From assembly GCF_030265065.1 (NCBI RefSeq), contig NC_080410.1:29762661-29826660 (forward strand): a DNA stretch of 64,000 nucleotides. The letters are read 5' to 3'. This document shows, piece after piece, positions 26,773 through 38,532 of the stretch. The position numbers were made by a program, and so were the translations under genes. The number at the start of each line of letters is the position of its first letter. Position 1 is the stretch's first letter. The stretch comes from Corythoichthys intestinalis. Its lineage: Eukaryota. The notes below the pieces were generated by a model, which was not told the origin of the DNA, searched no databases, and saw only the letters and a list, made by a program, of their open reading frames with translations.

Positions 26773-26955
26773 AAACACTTCACGTTTTCCGATTCCATCT
26801 GGTGCTTTTTAGTTCAATGAAGCACCGTCACATTTGGCGGAGGATGAAAACTTGGATTTGATTGGAATCGGTTTGCCTAATTCAAGATGAAATGTGAAGG
26901 TTTTCTTGCATTCTGTAATAAGTTGTGTAATGTTGTGACATTCATTTGTGTGCAG

Positions 26956-27650
26956 GCCTGGCGTGTCCCCCAACAGAGAGCAGCAGCGATGGCGGGAAGG
27001 GGCAGAGCGAACGCCGCGCTCCTGGCAGAGCAGTCGAGGTGGAAGGGGTGGCGGGACACCCCGAGGCGGCCCCCCTCATCATGCGTCTCCTGCTTCCATC
27101 CCACAATCGTATGGCCAGCGGGGCGGAGGCGCCTCCCGCAGCCGAGGCCCCCGCCTTCCCGCCCGACACGTGCCAGAATCGCACGTTCATCAGCTTCATC
27201 CGAGGGAACGAGCGCTTCCCAAAGGCTCACCCGAGCCGGCGGCCGATGAGGGGAGAGCCATCGAAGACCCTCCGCCGGGCAAAATCGGTGACGAGGAGCG
27301 CGCCCAGAGTAGCTCCGGGCCATCCCTTGAGCAAGCGACATCGCCGGAGCAGCGAGGGGGCGCCTCTTCCACCCGCGTACAGCACGCGTCGGCATCCCCC
27401 CGGGAAGCCTCGCCTCCTGCCGAACGACCAATAGAGCGCAAGTCCTACTCGCTGGCCCGGAGGAGTCGCTCGCGGCCATCCGAGCCGGGCGGCAAGCGGA
27501 CCGTGTCGGTGGAGGAGGCGGCGGCCCCCGAAGATTCGGGGATGGGTGGGGGCGCGGAGGAGTTGGACCGGGACGTAGCTCGGCTGAGTCTTGTGTCCGG
27601 GCGGACTTGGAACCAGAGCCCAGCCTCGTACGTGCACCCGGAGATGAGAG
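26956..27650 (+). CDS. casc3: casc3 coding exon 7 (large GC-rich exon)
   Basis: Frame of ORF 26948..27733. Contains PIERKSYSLARRSRSRPSE (human PIEKKSYSRARRTRTKVGD) and ELDRDVARLSLVSGRTWNQSPASYVHPEMRG (human LEQDVAQLNIAEQNWSPGQPSFLQPRELRG). Acceptor tgtgtgcag| and donor AGA G|gtaaga. Confidence 0.88.
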
Positions 27651-28804
27651 GTAAGACTTGCACATTATTCAAAATGGGATCATTTGATGACGGAGTGCCA
27701 AAATTTTCTATTATATTGAAATACAGTATATAAAAGCATTCTTAAATCTATACAAAAATTTGGCACTCCTGGTCCTTAAAGGAACCTGTGTTTTAAATTA
27801 CCTGTTAACTCTTTAATCCTTAAAGTGCCTGTGACACGAAAAAGCATGTTTATTTCATAATACACGCGGTATTTTATGCTCCTGAATGATATGGACCGCT
27901 TGGATGTGTGTGGAAGCGATCGCTATATTTATTTAGTTTTTTGAATCCCGCGCCAGGAAAATGAGTGACTTCCGGCTTCGGTCTTGCACTGAGGAGGAGG
28001 GCGCTGTGACGTGTACGGTAGAAGACGTCCTCTTCACGCTACAGTGTACTGTTGTGTATGAGGACGAAAGATTCAGCGGATTTTGCGGATTAATACGTTT
28101 ATTTTTCGCATCACGCCAGCCAAACGGCTGCGGAAAAATCATTCTGTATGAGGGAGAGGCGTATGCGCCTTTTTGGAGTTTCAAAAGGTTCCCATTCACC
28201 GTGGATATTTACTGTGGGACCATTGGACTTACGATGAAGTGAGGAAACATCTTGTTTTGTATTATGTCAAATACGAATACAGCGATTACAAAGTAAACAC
28301 TACAAACTTCCTTTAAATGAAGGACTACTTACGTTTGATCATTGATAGGCATGTAAAAAGCTCTCCTAATGCATTAGCAGCAGCACGTTAGCTGCGTTAG
28401 CTCCAGCCACCCTCCTCCGGGGAACGAACTGTAAATTGAACTCCGCCGGGTGGTTTGCCGATCCGCTAAGACATTCGACAACCGGGTCGTCATGTCAAAT
28501 AATCCAGGATAGCTATGTGTGATTTTCCGCTTTGAAGACTTTGAAACATCACTCTGTTCGGGTTAGCATGTCGGCTAGCTGTCACGCCTTCTGGTTTGTT
28601 TACATTCTCCGAAGCCGGGGAAGGGAAATGACATATGTCCGATTTAGGTGTCATAAAATATTGTTCGGGAGGTGCGACAGTAAAGGTGAAGTCGACAGTT
28701 TTGACCATTATGGAGTAATTTTGCCATGTCGTCCTGAATAAATGCATTTTTATTATTTCATATTCCATTCAGCACAAGACTGTTATTTGTCATGACGATG
28801 CCAT

Positions 28805-30700
28805 TTATTTAGCAATTGGGGAAAATAATAATAATAATAATAACAATACATTTTATTTATAGCGCGCTTTTACCGGTGCTCAAAGGCGCTTTACAGTTGA
28901 GGAAGAAAATAAATAAAGCTCACACAATGTGGGCAGTAGACAATAGAGAAAGAATTACAAATTAAAAGCTAGTTTAAAAAGATGAGTTTTTAACAATTTT
29001 TTGAATGTGGAAATATTAGAACAGGTGCGGATGGTTTTAGGGAGTGCATTCCAAAGTGAGGGGGCAGCAACGGAGAAGGCTCTGTCCCCCCAAGTACGGT
29101 GTGTTATTTGTGGGGGCAGTGCGAAAATGTTTCCATTAGATGAGCGGAGGTGACGGGAGGGGGTGTGGGGACAGAGAAGGGCCGTGAGGTAAGGAGGAGC
29201 CAAGTTATTGAGTGCTTTGTATGTCAGAAGGATGATTTTGAAATGTATCCTGTGTGAGATGGGAAGCCAGTGCAGTTTGTGAAGGACGGGGGTAATGTGA
29301 TTCCTGTAGGGGGTACGGGTGAGAAGGCGTGCAGCGGAGTTCTGGATATATTGTAGTTTTTTGAGGAGTTTGGCTGGAGATCCAAAAAGAATGCTGTTAC
29401 AATAATCGAGTCTGGAGGTGACGAATGCATGTATGAGGGTTTCTGCAGCAGAGTAGGTGAGGGAGGGGCGGAGACGGGCTATGTTCTTGAGGTGGAAGAA
29501 GGTAGTTCTGGTTATGTGGTTGATGTGCTGGTCGAATCTTAGTTTATTGTCGAAAATGATACCTAGGTTGCGGGAGTGTGTTGAGAGAGGGAGGGTGCAG
29601 TTGTCGATGGTGAGGGTGAATTGACTGTTATTTATGTGAGCTGTAGGGTCTATGATGATTATGTCCGATTTGTTGCTGTTAAGTTGAAGATAGTTAAGTT
29701 GCATCCAGGATTTGATTTCGCTGAGGCATTTGTGAAGTGTAGATTTGGTGCTGTGTGAGATGGTTTTAGTGGAGATGTATATTTGTATGTCATCGGCGTA
29801 GCAGTGGAATTGCAGTCCAAATTTTCGGATGATCTGACCAAGGGGGAGGATGTAAAGAATGAAGAGGAGGGGGCCAAGAACTGAACCTTGGGGGACACCT
29901 TGTGCTATGGAAATAGCAGGGGACGTGCAGTTGTTAATGCTGATGAATTGTTGTCGGCCGGTGAGGTAGGAGTGGAACCAGGAAAGTGCAGTGCCAGTGA
30001 TGTGTAGAGACTCTAGTCGGGAGAGCAGAATGGTGTGGTTGATTGTGTCAAAAGCAGCAGTGAGGTCCAGGAGGATGAGGATGGTGAGTTGTCCGGAGTC
30101 CGCGGAGAGTAGGATGTCGTTGGTTACTTTGAGAAGTGCTGTTTCTGTGCTGTGTTGTGAGCGGAAGCCAGATTGGAGAAGTTCAAATAGCTTATTGTCG
30201 GTAAGGTGGGTTCGGAGTTGTGACGCAACTGCCCTTTCCAGAATTTTTGATAGAAAAGGCAGATTTGAAATGGGTCGGTAGTTGGTCGGGATATCGGGGT
30301 CTAGACCAGTTTTCTTTATGATCGGCGTGATGGCAGCCAGTTTGAGAAGTTGGGGGACAGAGCCAGAGCGGCGGGAGGTGTTAATGATATCAGTGATAAG
30401 TGAGGAGATGACGAGGAGACAGTCTTTTATTAGAGCAGAGGGAATGGGATCTAGGGTGCAGGTGGCAGTTTTCATTCCAGACATAATGGTTTCAAGTTGA
30501 GTGGATGTTATTGGAGAAAGCTCAGTGAGTTCCTGGATAGTTGTGGGCGTAGAGGCAGATGGCGGGGAAGGGGAAGGTGGAGCAGTAAACTGGATCCTGG
30601 AGGTGTTTAGGTTACTGTAAATGTTGTCTATTTTTGTTTGGAAAGATGAGAGAAATAATAAACACTTTTCAGGAGTGAATGAAGTAGAATACTTCAAATA
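28805..30700 (-). mobile_element. L2/CR1-like non-LTR retrotransposon (LINE), 5'-truncated, in casc3 intron 7, antisense to casc3
   Basis: ORF 28955..30697(-) of 580 aa has reverse-transcriptase motifs (LLDLTAAFDTI, FHCYADDIQIYIS, SRNLGIIFDN). The 3' end on minus is a short microsatellite (rc of aataataataataataataacaat at 28825..28850), typical of L2-clade tails. Confidence 0.8.
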
Positions 30701-30990
30701 CTTGGATAAAAAGAGTATCCTGTAAAAATATTGAAGTAAAGAGACAGAAACAATGACATTTTGCCGCTCTCTTCGTCGCGTTTTCCTCGTTGTGAATAGT
30801 TCCCCCTCAACGGGCTGACTGGTCCTTCTGAAGCCATTTATATAGCTATTGGGGAAAAATACTTGGGTAAAAAGAATATCCTGTAAAAATATTGGAGTAG
30901 AGAGACTGAAACAATGACATTTTGCGGCTTTCTTCGTCGCGTTTTCCTCGTTCTGAATAATTTCCCCTCAATGGGCTGAATAGTAAAATC
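30700..30990. repeat. Tandem duplication, 2 x 140 bp, immediately flanking the 5'-truncation point of the L2-like LINE
   Basis: tacttggataaaaagagtatcctgtaaaaatattgaagtaaagagacagaaacaatgacattttgccgctctcttcgtcgcgttttcctcgttgtgaatagttccccctcaacgggctga is repeated at about 30860 with a few substitutions. Confidence 0.75.
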
Positions 30991-31816
30991 GATGAGCCAA
31001 GTCTACCGCTGACGTCATCCACCTGTTGGGGACGCTAAAGCCCTATAATGGTAGGCGTGGCTAACCGGCAGATTAAAAGACTAATTTCTTGTCATCTGTG
31101 CTTTGCTAAATTGTTGTATATAGTCGAATCGTCTCAAAATATGTTTCTAATTCAAATAATAATGACATTTTAGACTTTTTTTCTCGTGTCATGCTCTTTA
31201 AAGTTCCCTGTTTTTGTAAAAGGACCCTAATAACAACAGCACATTCAGAGCCACCAGTTTATTGCCGCATTCCTGACAGAGGAGTTAAACAGTATGCTGG
31301 GTCAGAGAGCTACTCTTGTCCTGACCCTACACAAGCTCGGTGTAGACTGACCAAGACTATCTGATTTACAAGCCATATTATAAAAGTTAGAAAACTGAGG
31401 ATATGCTTCTTGTGATTGGTTGAATGCCCATGAAATTCCTAGCCATTATTGCCAGATAGGGGAGAATGTTGTTCTAGACATCTGCTGTCTGCTTGGCCCG
31501 ATTGCTGGACATCCTTGCGCTGTCCTCAGGCCTTTGCTCTCCTCTTCTCGGGGCTCCCCAAAGCGAATGTCCTCGTTATGGCATGTTTTCTTTTGCGGCC
31601 TTTTCGCTCTTCTGGTATTCATCACGGGTCCGAATTGATATGTTATTGAAAGGGCCCCACTGCTTAAACAGCATCAACTTTCTTGTAGCAAATACATTTT
31701 AGTGTTTGATTCTTCTTAATGTAAAGTAATAAAATGGTTATTAAATGATATTTCCATCATTATGGACGGCCCATTTTTGCAAAGCAGCTCACCTACAAGT
31801 TAACTGTTCTCCTTAG

Positions 31817-31993
31817 GCCTGAGTGGCGGCTTGCACGTTGCCAGCGCTCCTCCGCCGTCCTTCTCCGGCTTGGATGAGATGTCGAGCGGCGCCAACCGTG
31901 CCAAGCGCTACTCGTCCCAGCGGCAAAGAGGAGTGGCCGAGGCGGCTCCACCCCTGCACGTGGGCGTCATGGAGGGACACTTCTATGAGCCCA
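31817..31993 (+). CDS. casc3: casc3 coding exon 8
   Basis: (G)LSGGLHVASAPPPSFSGLDEMSSGANRAKRYSSQRQRGVAEAAPPLHVGVMEGHFYEP, compared with human MGVQGGRAKRYSSQRQRPVPEPPAPPVHISIMEGHYYDP. Acceptor ctccttag|. The donor CCC A|gttagg at 31994 is weak but phase-consistent. Confidence 0.8.
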
Positions 31994-32075
31994 GTTAGGA
32001 TTGCTCTTTTTTTTTTTTTTTCCTTCTTTTGTCGGCTTTTGACATGTGGCTGATGAATGTTTGGGCCTTTGCCAG

Positions 32076-32174
32076 TGACATACCCGGGACCCATCTACAC
32101 GCACAGCGACGCCTCGGCCCCCATCGCGCCCCAAGGCATGCTGGTCCAGCCTGAGATGCACATCCCCCATCCGG
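32076..32174 (+). CDS. casc3: casc3 coding exon 9
   Basis: (M)TYPGPIYTHSDASAPIAPQGMLVQPEMHIPHP(G), compared with human LQFQGPIYTHGDSPAPLPPQGMLVQPGMNLPHPG. Acceptor tttgccag| and donor CCG G|gtcagt. Confidence 0.88.
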
Positions 32175-32523
32175 GTCAGTCTCCATTAAAGCTGCTTTAG
32201 TTGATTATTTTGATAGTCAATAAATTGTTGACCTCAAAATTGATTTCCAAGCATGTGATCGGATCGAGGACATCAGTAATATATATCATCAGTAATTATA
32301 TTATATAAAATGTAAAGGGGGAAAAAAAGGTGGAAAATGTACTTATTAAAAAAAAAATTTGCTAAGAAGGGGCTCAAAAAGGATTTGGGCAATTCTAAGT
32401 CAGCATATTTGTCAAATAGATGCTGACATAGTGGATTAATTTGCCTTGGTCTCCAGCCAAAATTGTCCTATTATCAGTTGTTGATTTTTTTAATTGTTTT
32501 TTTTATGGGCGTGGCCTCCACAG

Positions 32524-32690
32524 GTCTTCATGCCCACCAGTCGGGAGGCCCAATTGCTAACCCCGCTCTCTACGGAGGCCCGCCTGTGTCTCTGTCGCCA
32601 GGGCAACCGCAGCAACTCCTGCCATCGCCTTTCTACCCGCCGCCAGGGGTCATGACCTTCCCTTACCCCACTATGTACCCCAGTCCACAG
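32524..32690 (+). CDS. casc3: casc3 coding exon 10
   Basis: (G)LHAHQSGGPIANPALYGGPPVSLSPGQPQQLLPSPFYPPPGVMTFPYPTMYPSPQ, compared with human LHPHQTPAPLPNPGLYPPPVSMSPGQPPPQQLLAPTYFSAPGVMNFGNPSYPYAPG. Acceptor tccacag| and donor CAG|gtaagc. Confidence 0.88.
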
Positions 32691-34308
32691 GTAAGCCCAT
32701 GAGGATCGGGGGCCAAAATGTTAAAGGGTATGTCTTGCCCTGGGAAAATGTTAATATTCCATCATTTATCCATAAACGCATGCCTTTTGTATTCATATCA
32801 TGCCACTTCGTGTAATTACACACAAGAAAATGAGAGAAATTTGGCTCGATTGTCAAGCTAAAACGACCGGCACCCGATCTGGCAGATTGTGTGTGTGACG
32901 TCATGACAAGTGAAGAGAGTGCCACCGGCCACTAGGGGGGCAGCGCCTGTCTGCATCAATATAATTCCTTCTAGTGAGGGGAGAATTAGGGGTGTTTTGA
33001 GCTGTTTATGCTGATGCATTGTGTTCGTCCTGCACATATTCCAGGTTCCCTCATGAAGAAACACCCCTCGTTGGTAATAAAAAAATTCAGAATTGACAGT
33101 GAGGGGTGTTTCTTCACCCCTCACTGTGAAGAAAAAGGCTCAGTGCTTTAATACTGAATGGCGGCGATGATGGCAGACAATTTCGTTTCTAGTTTCAGCG
33201 ACGAATCCGACGTAGAAGGACGTAACGAATGTTCATCTAATGGTGACGAGGAGAGTTACGAAGCTTTAATCGGTGTTTTAGGTTACCAATTTGAGCCCAA
33301 ACGAACGCCAATGCAGCGTAATGAAACGGTCATTGAGGGGAGCAATGACACTGATGAAACATTGGCAGCAGATCGTGTGGGAAACACCAATGATTTGTTT
33401 TGCATTTCTTTTTGTGAAGCTGATACACCGTGACTGCAAAATAAAGGAATGCTTAGAACAATTATCATTTATTGCGCTATCATAGCTTTTCGCTCTGCCA
33501 ACAGACACAAATATGAATGGGATCAGAGGATTTGTTCTATATATTTTACGAACGATAATTTATACATGTGTCCAGTCCTGTATCCAATGCGTGACATTTT
33601 TTTATTATAAAAGAGTACTCACTCTGGCCATTTCGAGCTTGGCTGCTCCCCTCCTTTGCTTAGCCTTAGCCTCCTTTGCCACTCATCGTCCTCTTTCTTG
33701 ATATCTCGGGACATTTAGGTAGCTGCGCGTGTATGGTCGGCACCGCATCTCCTTTGAGCAGCAATCTTTTAGCAAAATCCGATTTCACTTGTCCATAGTT
33801 CGAGAAGCTTTCAGGTGGAAAATGCGCACCACAGAAAAGCGTGCCGGAGGCTGTGTCTAGAAAATTAGCCCTCCTTGCACGGACGAACTTTACCCATTGT
33901 CTGCGTAGTCCAGCTTTTTTTTTCGCGTTCGGGAACTCATGGATACTATATTCCGATAAATATTTGTACACCACATAGCACAGCAGTTTTGAACCATTTT
34001 TGTGATGTTTTTGTCAAACAAACCCCAACGCTAATCTCTCGTCGTTAAAAAACAATGGCACCTGGCTCCGCCTCGACTGTCAATCACTTGTCGTGACGTC
34101 CCCGCCCCATTCGGCTGTTTCCGGAACACTTTCGGGAATGTTTGTCATTTTCAATCTATTTTCGATAATTGCTCATTAATGTGATTGATTTTTTTTTGTT
34201 AACTTTATCAATATTTGTTATCTTGGCACATAACGGTTCTATTGATGTCTTACACCCCCTTTGCCGCTACATACCCTTTAAGATGATGACGTCCTTTTCT
34301 ACATTTAG

Positions 34309-34455
34309 GGCCAATCACAGGTGACGTACGGGGGCGTGACCTATTACGACACAGTGCAGCAGCAGGCGCAGCCCAAACCTTCGCCGCCCCGCCGCACATC
34401 TCAACCAGTTACCGTCAAGCCGCCCCCTCCGGAAGTGCCCTTTGCCTCAGAGTGA
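34309..34455 (+). CDS. casc3: casc3 coding exon 11, terminal (stop TGA 34453..34455)
   Basis: GQSQVTYGGVTYYDTVQQQAQPKPSPPRRTSQPVTVKPPPPEVPFASE*, compared with the human C-terminus APSQVYGGVTYYNPAQQQVQPKPSPPRRTPQPVTIKPPPPEVVSRGSS*. Acceptor acatttag|. Confidence 0.9.
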   Translation, partial: GQSQVTYGGVTYYDTVQQQAQPKPSPPRRTSQPVTVKPPPPEVPFASE

Positions 34456-34511
34456 TTACACTTCCTTCCGCAGGTGAGCTAGTATGGCTAGTAGAACCCG
34501 CTAGATGTAAT

Positions 34512-34512
<1 letters not shown>

Positions 34513-34544
<32 letters not shown>
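34513..34544. repeat. Homopolymer T32 in the casc3 3' UTR/flank
   Basis: Direct observation. Confidence 0.95.
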
Positions 34545-34545
<1 letters not shown>

Positions 34546-34735
34546 GAGTGGGACATTTTCCAACAATTTACTAATAAACCCTCGCCTCAGAAACTTTCAC
34601 TTTATGGCTTGTGATTTTTGGCCCAAGTGTTAGTTTCAATGGGGTACTAGAAGCGCCAAAATTAAATGGATACATAAATTAGTCATTTAAAATTTTTATT
34701 TCAGTATTTTAATTTTTTTTTTTATATATATATAC

Positions 34736-36262
34736 AGTGGTACCACTACATCACACAGATTAAAAATTTGTCAGATTTATCTAAAACCACACAAACATTT
34801 AATAGGTTGTCATATTTTAATGAGGATAGCATTCAAACAAAGACAGAAGGGGGGGAAATTAAACTAAACCCTCTGCCTAATTAGACTTAAAGAGCAATTG
34901 AAACCAATTTTTACCAAACTTTTTAAGTCAGGTGTGTACCCAATCACTGATGAGTGGTTTAAAGCTGCCCTGCCCACTATAAAACACACTGGTAAGAAAT
35001 GTCTTGATGAGAGGCATTGTGTGATGTGCATCATGGCTTGGTCAAAAGACATGTCTAAAGACCTGCGATCAAGGATTCTTGATTTGTATAAAGCTTGGAA
35101 AGGATACAGAACTATCTCTAAAAGTCTGGATGTTCATCAATCGGCAGTCAGAGAAGTTGTCTACGAATGGAGAGAGTTTGGCACTGTTGCTTCTCTCCAA
35201 AGGAGTGGCCGTCCACCAAAGATGACGCCGAGAGTTCAGTGCAGAATACTCAACAAAGAACCTCAGAGTGTCTGCCAAAAAGAGACTTCCAGAAATCACT
35301 GGCACAGTCCAATATCTGTGCACACATTATCTATATGTAAAACTATGGCCAATAATGGTGTTCATGGGAGGACTCCACGGAGGAAGCCACTGCTATCTTA
35401 AAAAACAACAACAAAAACATAGTTGCTCGTTTTAATGTTCGCAGAAATGCACTTGGACACTCCAAGTTTTGGCAAAATATTTTGTGGACTGATGAGACCA
35501 AAGTTGAATTGTTTGGGAGTAACACACAATGTCATGTGTGGAGGAAAAATGAAACAGCCCAACACCTCATCCCCACCGTGAGCATGGTGGCGGGAGCATC
35601 ATATTTTGGGGCTGTTTACTGCCTCAGAGTCTGGACAACTTGCAATCATTGATGGAAAAATGAATTCAGAAGTTCATCAGGATGTTTTGCAGGAAAACCT
35701 GAGGCCGTCTGTCAGACAGTTGAAGCTAAAAAGAGGATGGATGCTGCAACAAGACAATGATCCAAAGCACAGAAGTAAATCAACTTCAGAATGGTTTCAG
35801 AAGAAAAATACTCATTCTGGAGTGGCCAAGTCAAAGTCCAGACTTGAACCCCATTGAGATGCTGTGGCGTGGCATGACCTAAAGACAGCGATTCATGCCA
35901 GACATCCCAGTAATCTGACTGATCTACATCTGTTTTGTAGAGAAGAATGAGCCAAGATTAGTTCCAATCAATGGGCCAGCATTATCTGCAGCTACAGGAA
36001 GTGTCTGAAGTTATTGCCGCCAAAGCGGGGGCCACAAAATATTGTGATGGTTCATTTATATTTTTCCCCCTTCCATCATTGTTTGCATACTATCCTCATT
36101 AAAATATGAAAACCTATAAATGTTTGGGTGATTTTAGTAAAAGCAGTTTTTTCATCTGTGTAATTTTGACAAAGATCAGCTCACATTTGATGTTTTTATG
36201 CAGAAATATGAGAAATACCAAAAGGTTTAGATACTTTTTCATACCACTGTAAATAAAATCTA
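34736..36262 (+). mobile_element. Tc1/mariner family B, near full-length but frameshifted, immediately 3' of casc3
   Basis: TIRs tacagtggtaccac... at 34736 and as reverse complement at about 36245..36262. Transposase pieces 34898..35401 (paired HTH region, ...YKAWKGYRTISKSLDVHQSAVREVVYEWREFGTV...) and 35606..35857 (DDE region, ...[20 protein letters not shown]...). Confidence 0.8.
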
Positions 36263-36329
36263 GTCAACTATTTCAGTGCTATTCACGACAACAGAGCTCT
36301 AATCATGTGGCTTTCCATTTGTTGATTCA

Positions 36330-36420
36330 GACTTTAAATCACACTTTGACATGGTCATCGGAGGAAATCGAACCCAGAACCTCTGGGTTGAAGAACGAAT
36401 ACCATACTCCACCATGGCAC
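36330..36420 (-). ncRNA. tRNA-related sequence (SINE head or tRNA pseudogene), not a functional tRNA
   Basis: The minus strand reads ...tggtggagtatggtattcgttcttcaacccagaggttctgggttcgatttcctccgatgacca. It has box A-like (TGGTGGAGTATGG) and box B-like (GGTTCGATTTCC) motifs, but the acceptor stem does not pair. Confidence 0.25.
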
Positions 36421-37576
36421 CCTACAAGTGCCATAGATGATGAGAGATGTTCAATAATGTGCTCTTTTCATCCATTTGCCGTTAATTTTAATTGGTTGAT
36501 CGCTTGTAGACATCCAATCATTTAAACTGGGAGATTGGCAGTAGGGCTTAACGATATTGGGAAAAAAACTTGCATTGTGACATTTTATGAGTTTGTGATA
36601 CATTGGGATATATATTGCAATATTAAAACTAGAAAAATATTCACCAGATAACTTGAATAGTTCTGGGAAGACCGTATTCCGTTTAATTTAAGCTAATGTT
36701 GTACATCTGCGAATTATGAAGATTGCTGTATATAAAAGGGATCTAGGGGGCATGTCTCTGCACACTTGCTTCGTTTATGAAACAAAACAAGCGTTTAGGT
36801 GTTCAAAAAATAATAATAAAAAAAAAAACCGTCACATCCCACATGCTGCGATGTGACTATTGCAAGGGCGCACATCGCGATGGTGATGTTCAAACTTTAT
36901 TTTGTGGAGGTACTACACATTTGAGTGCAATAGCTTTTTGTTAGTAAACCATTGTTTGATGTCGAATGCTCGGTTTTGTCAGGTTGCTGCGAGGTGCTCG
37001 GGTCTTGACGCGCGGGCGACGTCCATCTGGAGGAGCATGTCACGTGACCCTCTGCCGGATTCCCCCTCGGGTCGCGGTGACAGCGCTACTTTCCGCCTGT
37101 TCGGTCACATGACCGCGGCCGCCAGATGGCAGAGTTCACCCTACTCGGCCCGCCCATGTTCAGGGCAAAAAAAAAGTTGAGAGAATATAGTTTGAAGGTT
37201 CCCGTCCGATCCCGAGAGGTAGGATGGAAAAGGTCCACTTTTGTTCTTTGTTTTTTGCTTGTTGGTCAAAGAAAAGTTGAGAAACTTATAGTCGGAGATG
37301 TTGCTACTGTAATTCTGCATTGTTTTTTTTTCCTTATTTCATTTCTAGAATATTTTTCTATGTTTGCTGTATTTTCTGCTCTTCAAGCAGTTACATGTGA
37401 CCCCAATAAACACTTTTCAACTGTTCTTCCTTCTCATTTCATGCGAATCGCAACAGAAAATACATCAAAAGCTACTATTTCCAGGAAGTCGGCAAAGTAG
37501 CTGTAAGACATTTTTAAATGCCAGTACAGTACTATTTTTACCAATCAAACGCATTAATTTCAGATATGCATATATA

Positions 37577-38013
37577 TATGGGGTGTCAAACGATTACAAT
37601 TTTTAATTGAGTTAATTACAGCTTAAAAATTAATCGTAATCGCAATTCAAACCATCTATAAAATATTTTTCTTTAAATTATTGTTGGAAGTAATAGAAAT
37701 TTTATATTAAAACCCCTCTTCATGTTTTCGTTTTAATAAAATTTGTAAAATTTTCAATCAAAAAATTAACTAGTAGCCCGCCATTGTTGTCAATTACACA
37801 GTGCTCATGGGTGCTGAAGCCTATAAAATCAGGCGCACCCAAGCGCCAGCAGAGGGCGGCAAAACTCCGAAAAACACAACAAGTACACCTTTCACTGTGC
37901 TGTCATTTTAATCTGTTTGAGCGGGGCATTTGTGCGTTAATTGCGTCAGATATTTTAACGGGATTAATTACCGCTCGTTAACTAGATAATTTTGACAGCC
38001 CTAATATATATAT
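37577..38013 (+). mobile_element. MITE family 1 (TIR CAGGGCTGTCAAACGATTA...), copy 1, about 440 bp
   Basis: Ends gggtgtcaaacgattacaatttttaattgagttaattacagcttaaaaattaat... and ...taattaccgctcgttaactagataattttgacagccc are inverted repeats. No coding capacity. Confidence 0.7.
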
Positions 38014-38532
38014 GACGTCTTGGAGAAACAACCAGGCTTTGCTCAACTCATTTACATGGTCATATATACAGTACTAGCTTAGCAAAAATGCTTTTTATTC
38101 ACCTATAATACCATGTTTGGAGGTAGTCAGGTCTTATTTTAGTGCTAAACGAGGCGTTCAACTAGCACAATGTCAGAGCAGCCACATCCAAGATGGCCTA
38201 TACCTGACGTATACCTTTTATGAAATGACGTCAAGTTCAAGAAGCATTCGGAAAAGTTTTATCCCGCAGATCAACAATTAGCTAATCGATCGATAGAAAA
38301 ACTGAACTTTGCTCAACACACAGTCAACATGAAATACTCTGAAACACTGAGGACACAGCTTCTTGTAAGTGATATGTTTTTTTTTTTGTTTTTTTTTTGA
38401 GTGACGTTTCAGCAACACTATGACAAGTGAACATTTTGGACACATCTAACTTACAAAGCATTGTTCTACTTTTGACCAATACTGCCACAATTATTTTTAA
38501 AACTAATTGGTCAACTAATCAGATGATATAAA

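Noticed and set aside
26877-27733. Stack of long overlapping ORFs on both strands (26877..27665-, 26946..27434+, 27227..27637-, and others), each 80-260 aa
   Set aside because: All lie within the GC-rich casc3 exon 7. Only the plus-strand frame of ORF 26948..27733, trimmed to splice sites 26956..27650, is homologous to CASC3. The rest are stop-poor artefacts of high GC.
28955-30697. 580-aa ORF, the longest in the window, as a candidate host gene
   Set aside because: Reverse-transcriptase motifs and a LINE-type 3' tail identify it as a transposable-element ORF, not a cellular gene.
31590-31625. U2 snRNA-like stretch (ttgcggccttttcgctcttctgg versus cgcttctcggccttttggctaag)
   Set aside because: Only about 12 contiguous matching bases. 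The rest of U2 (branch-point-interacting and Sm regions) is absent.
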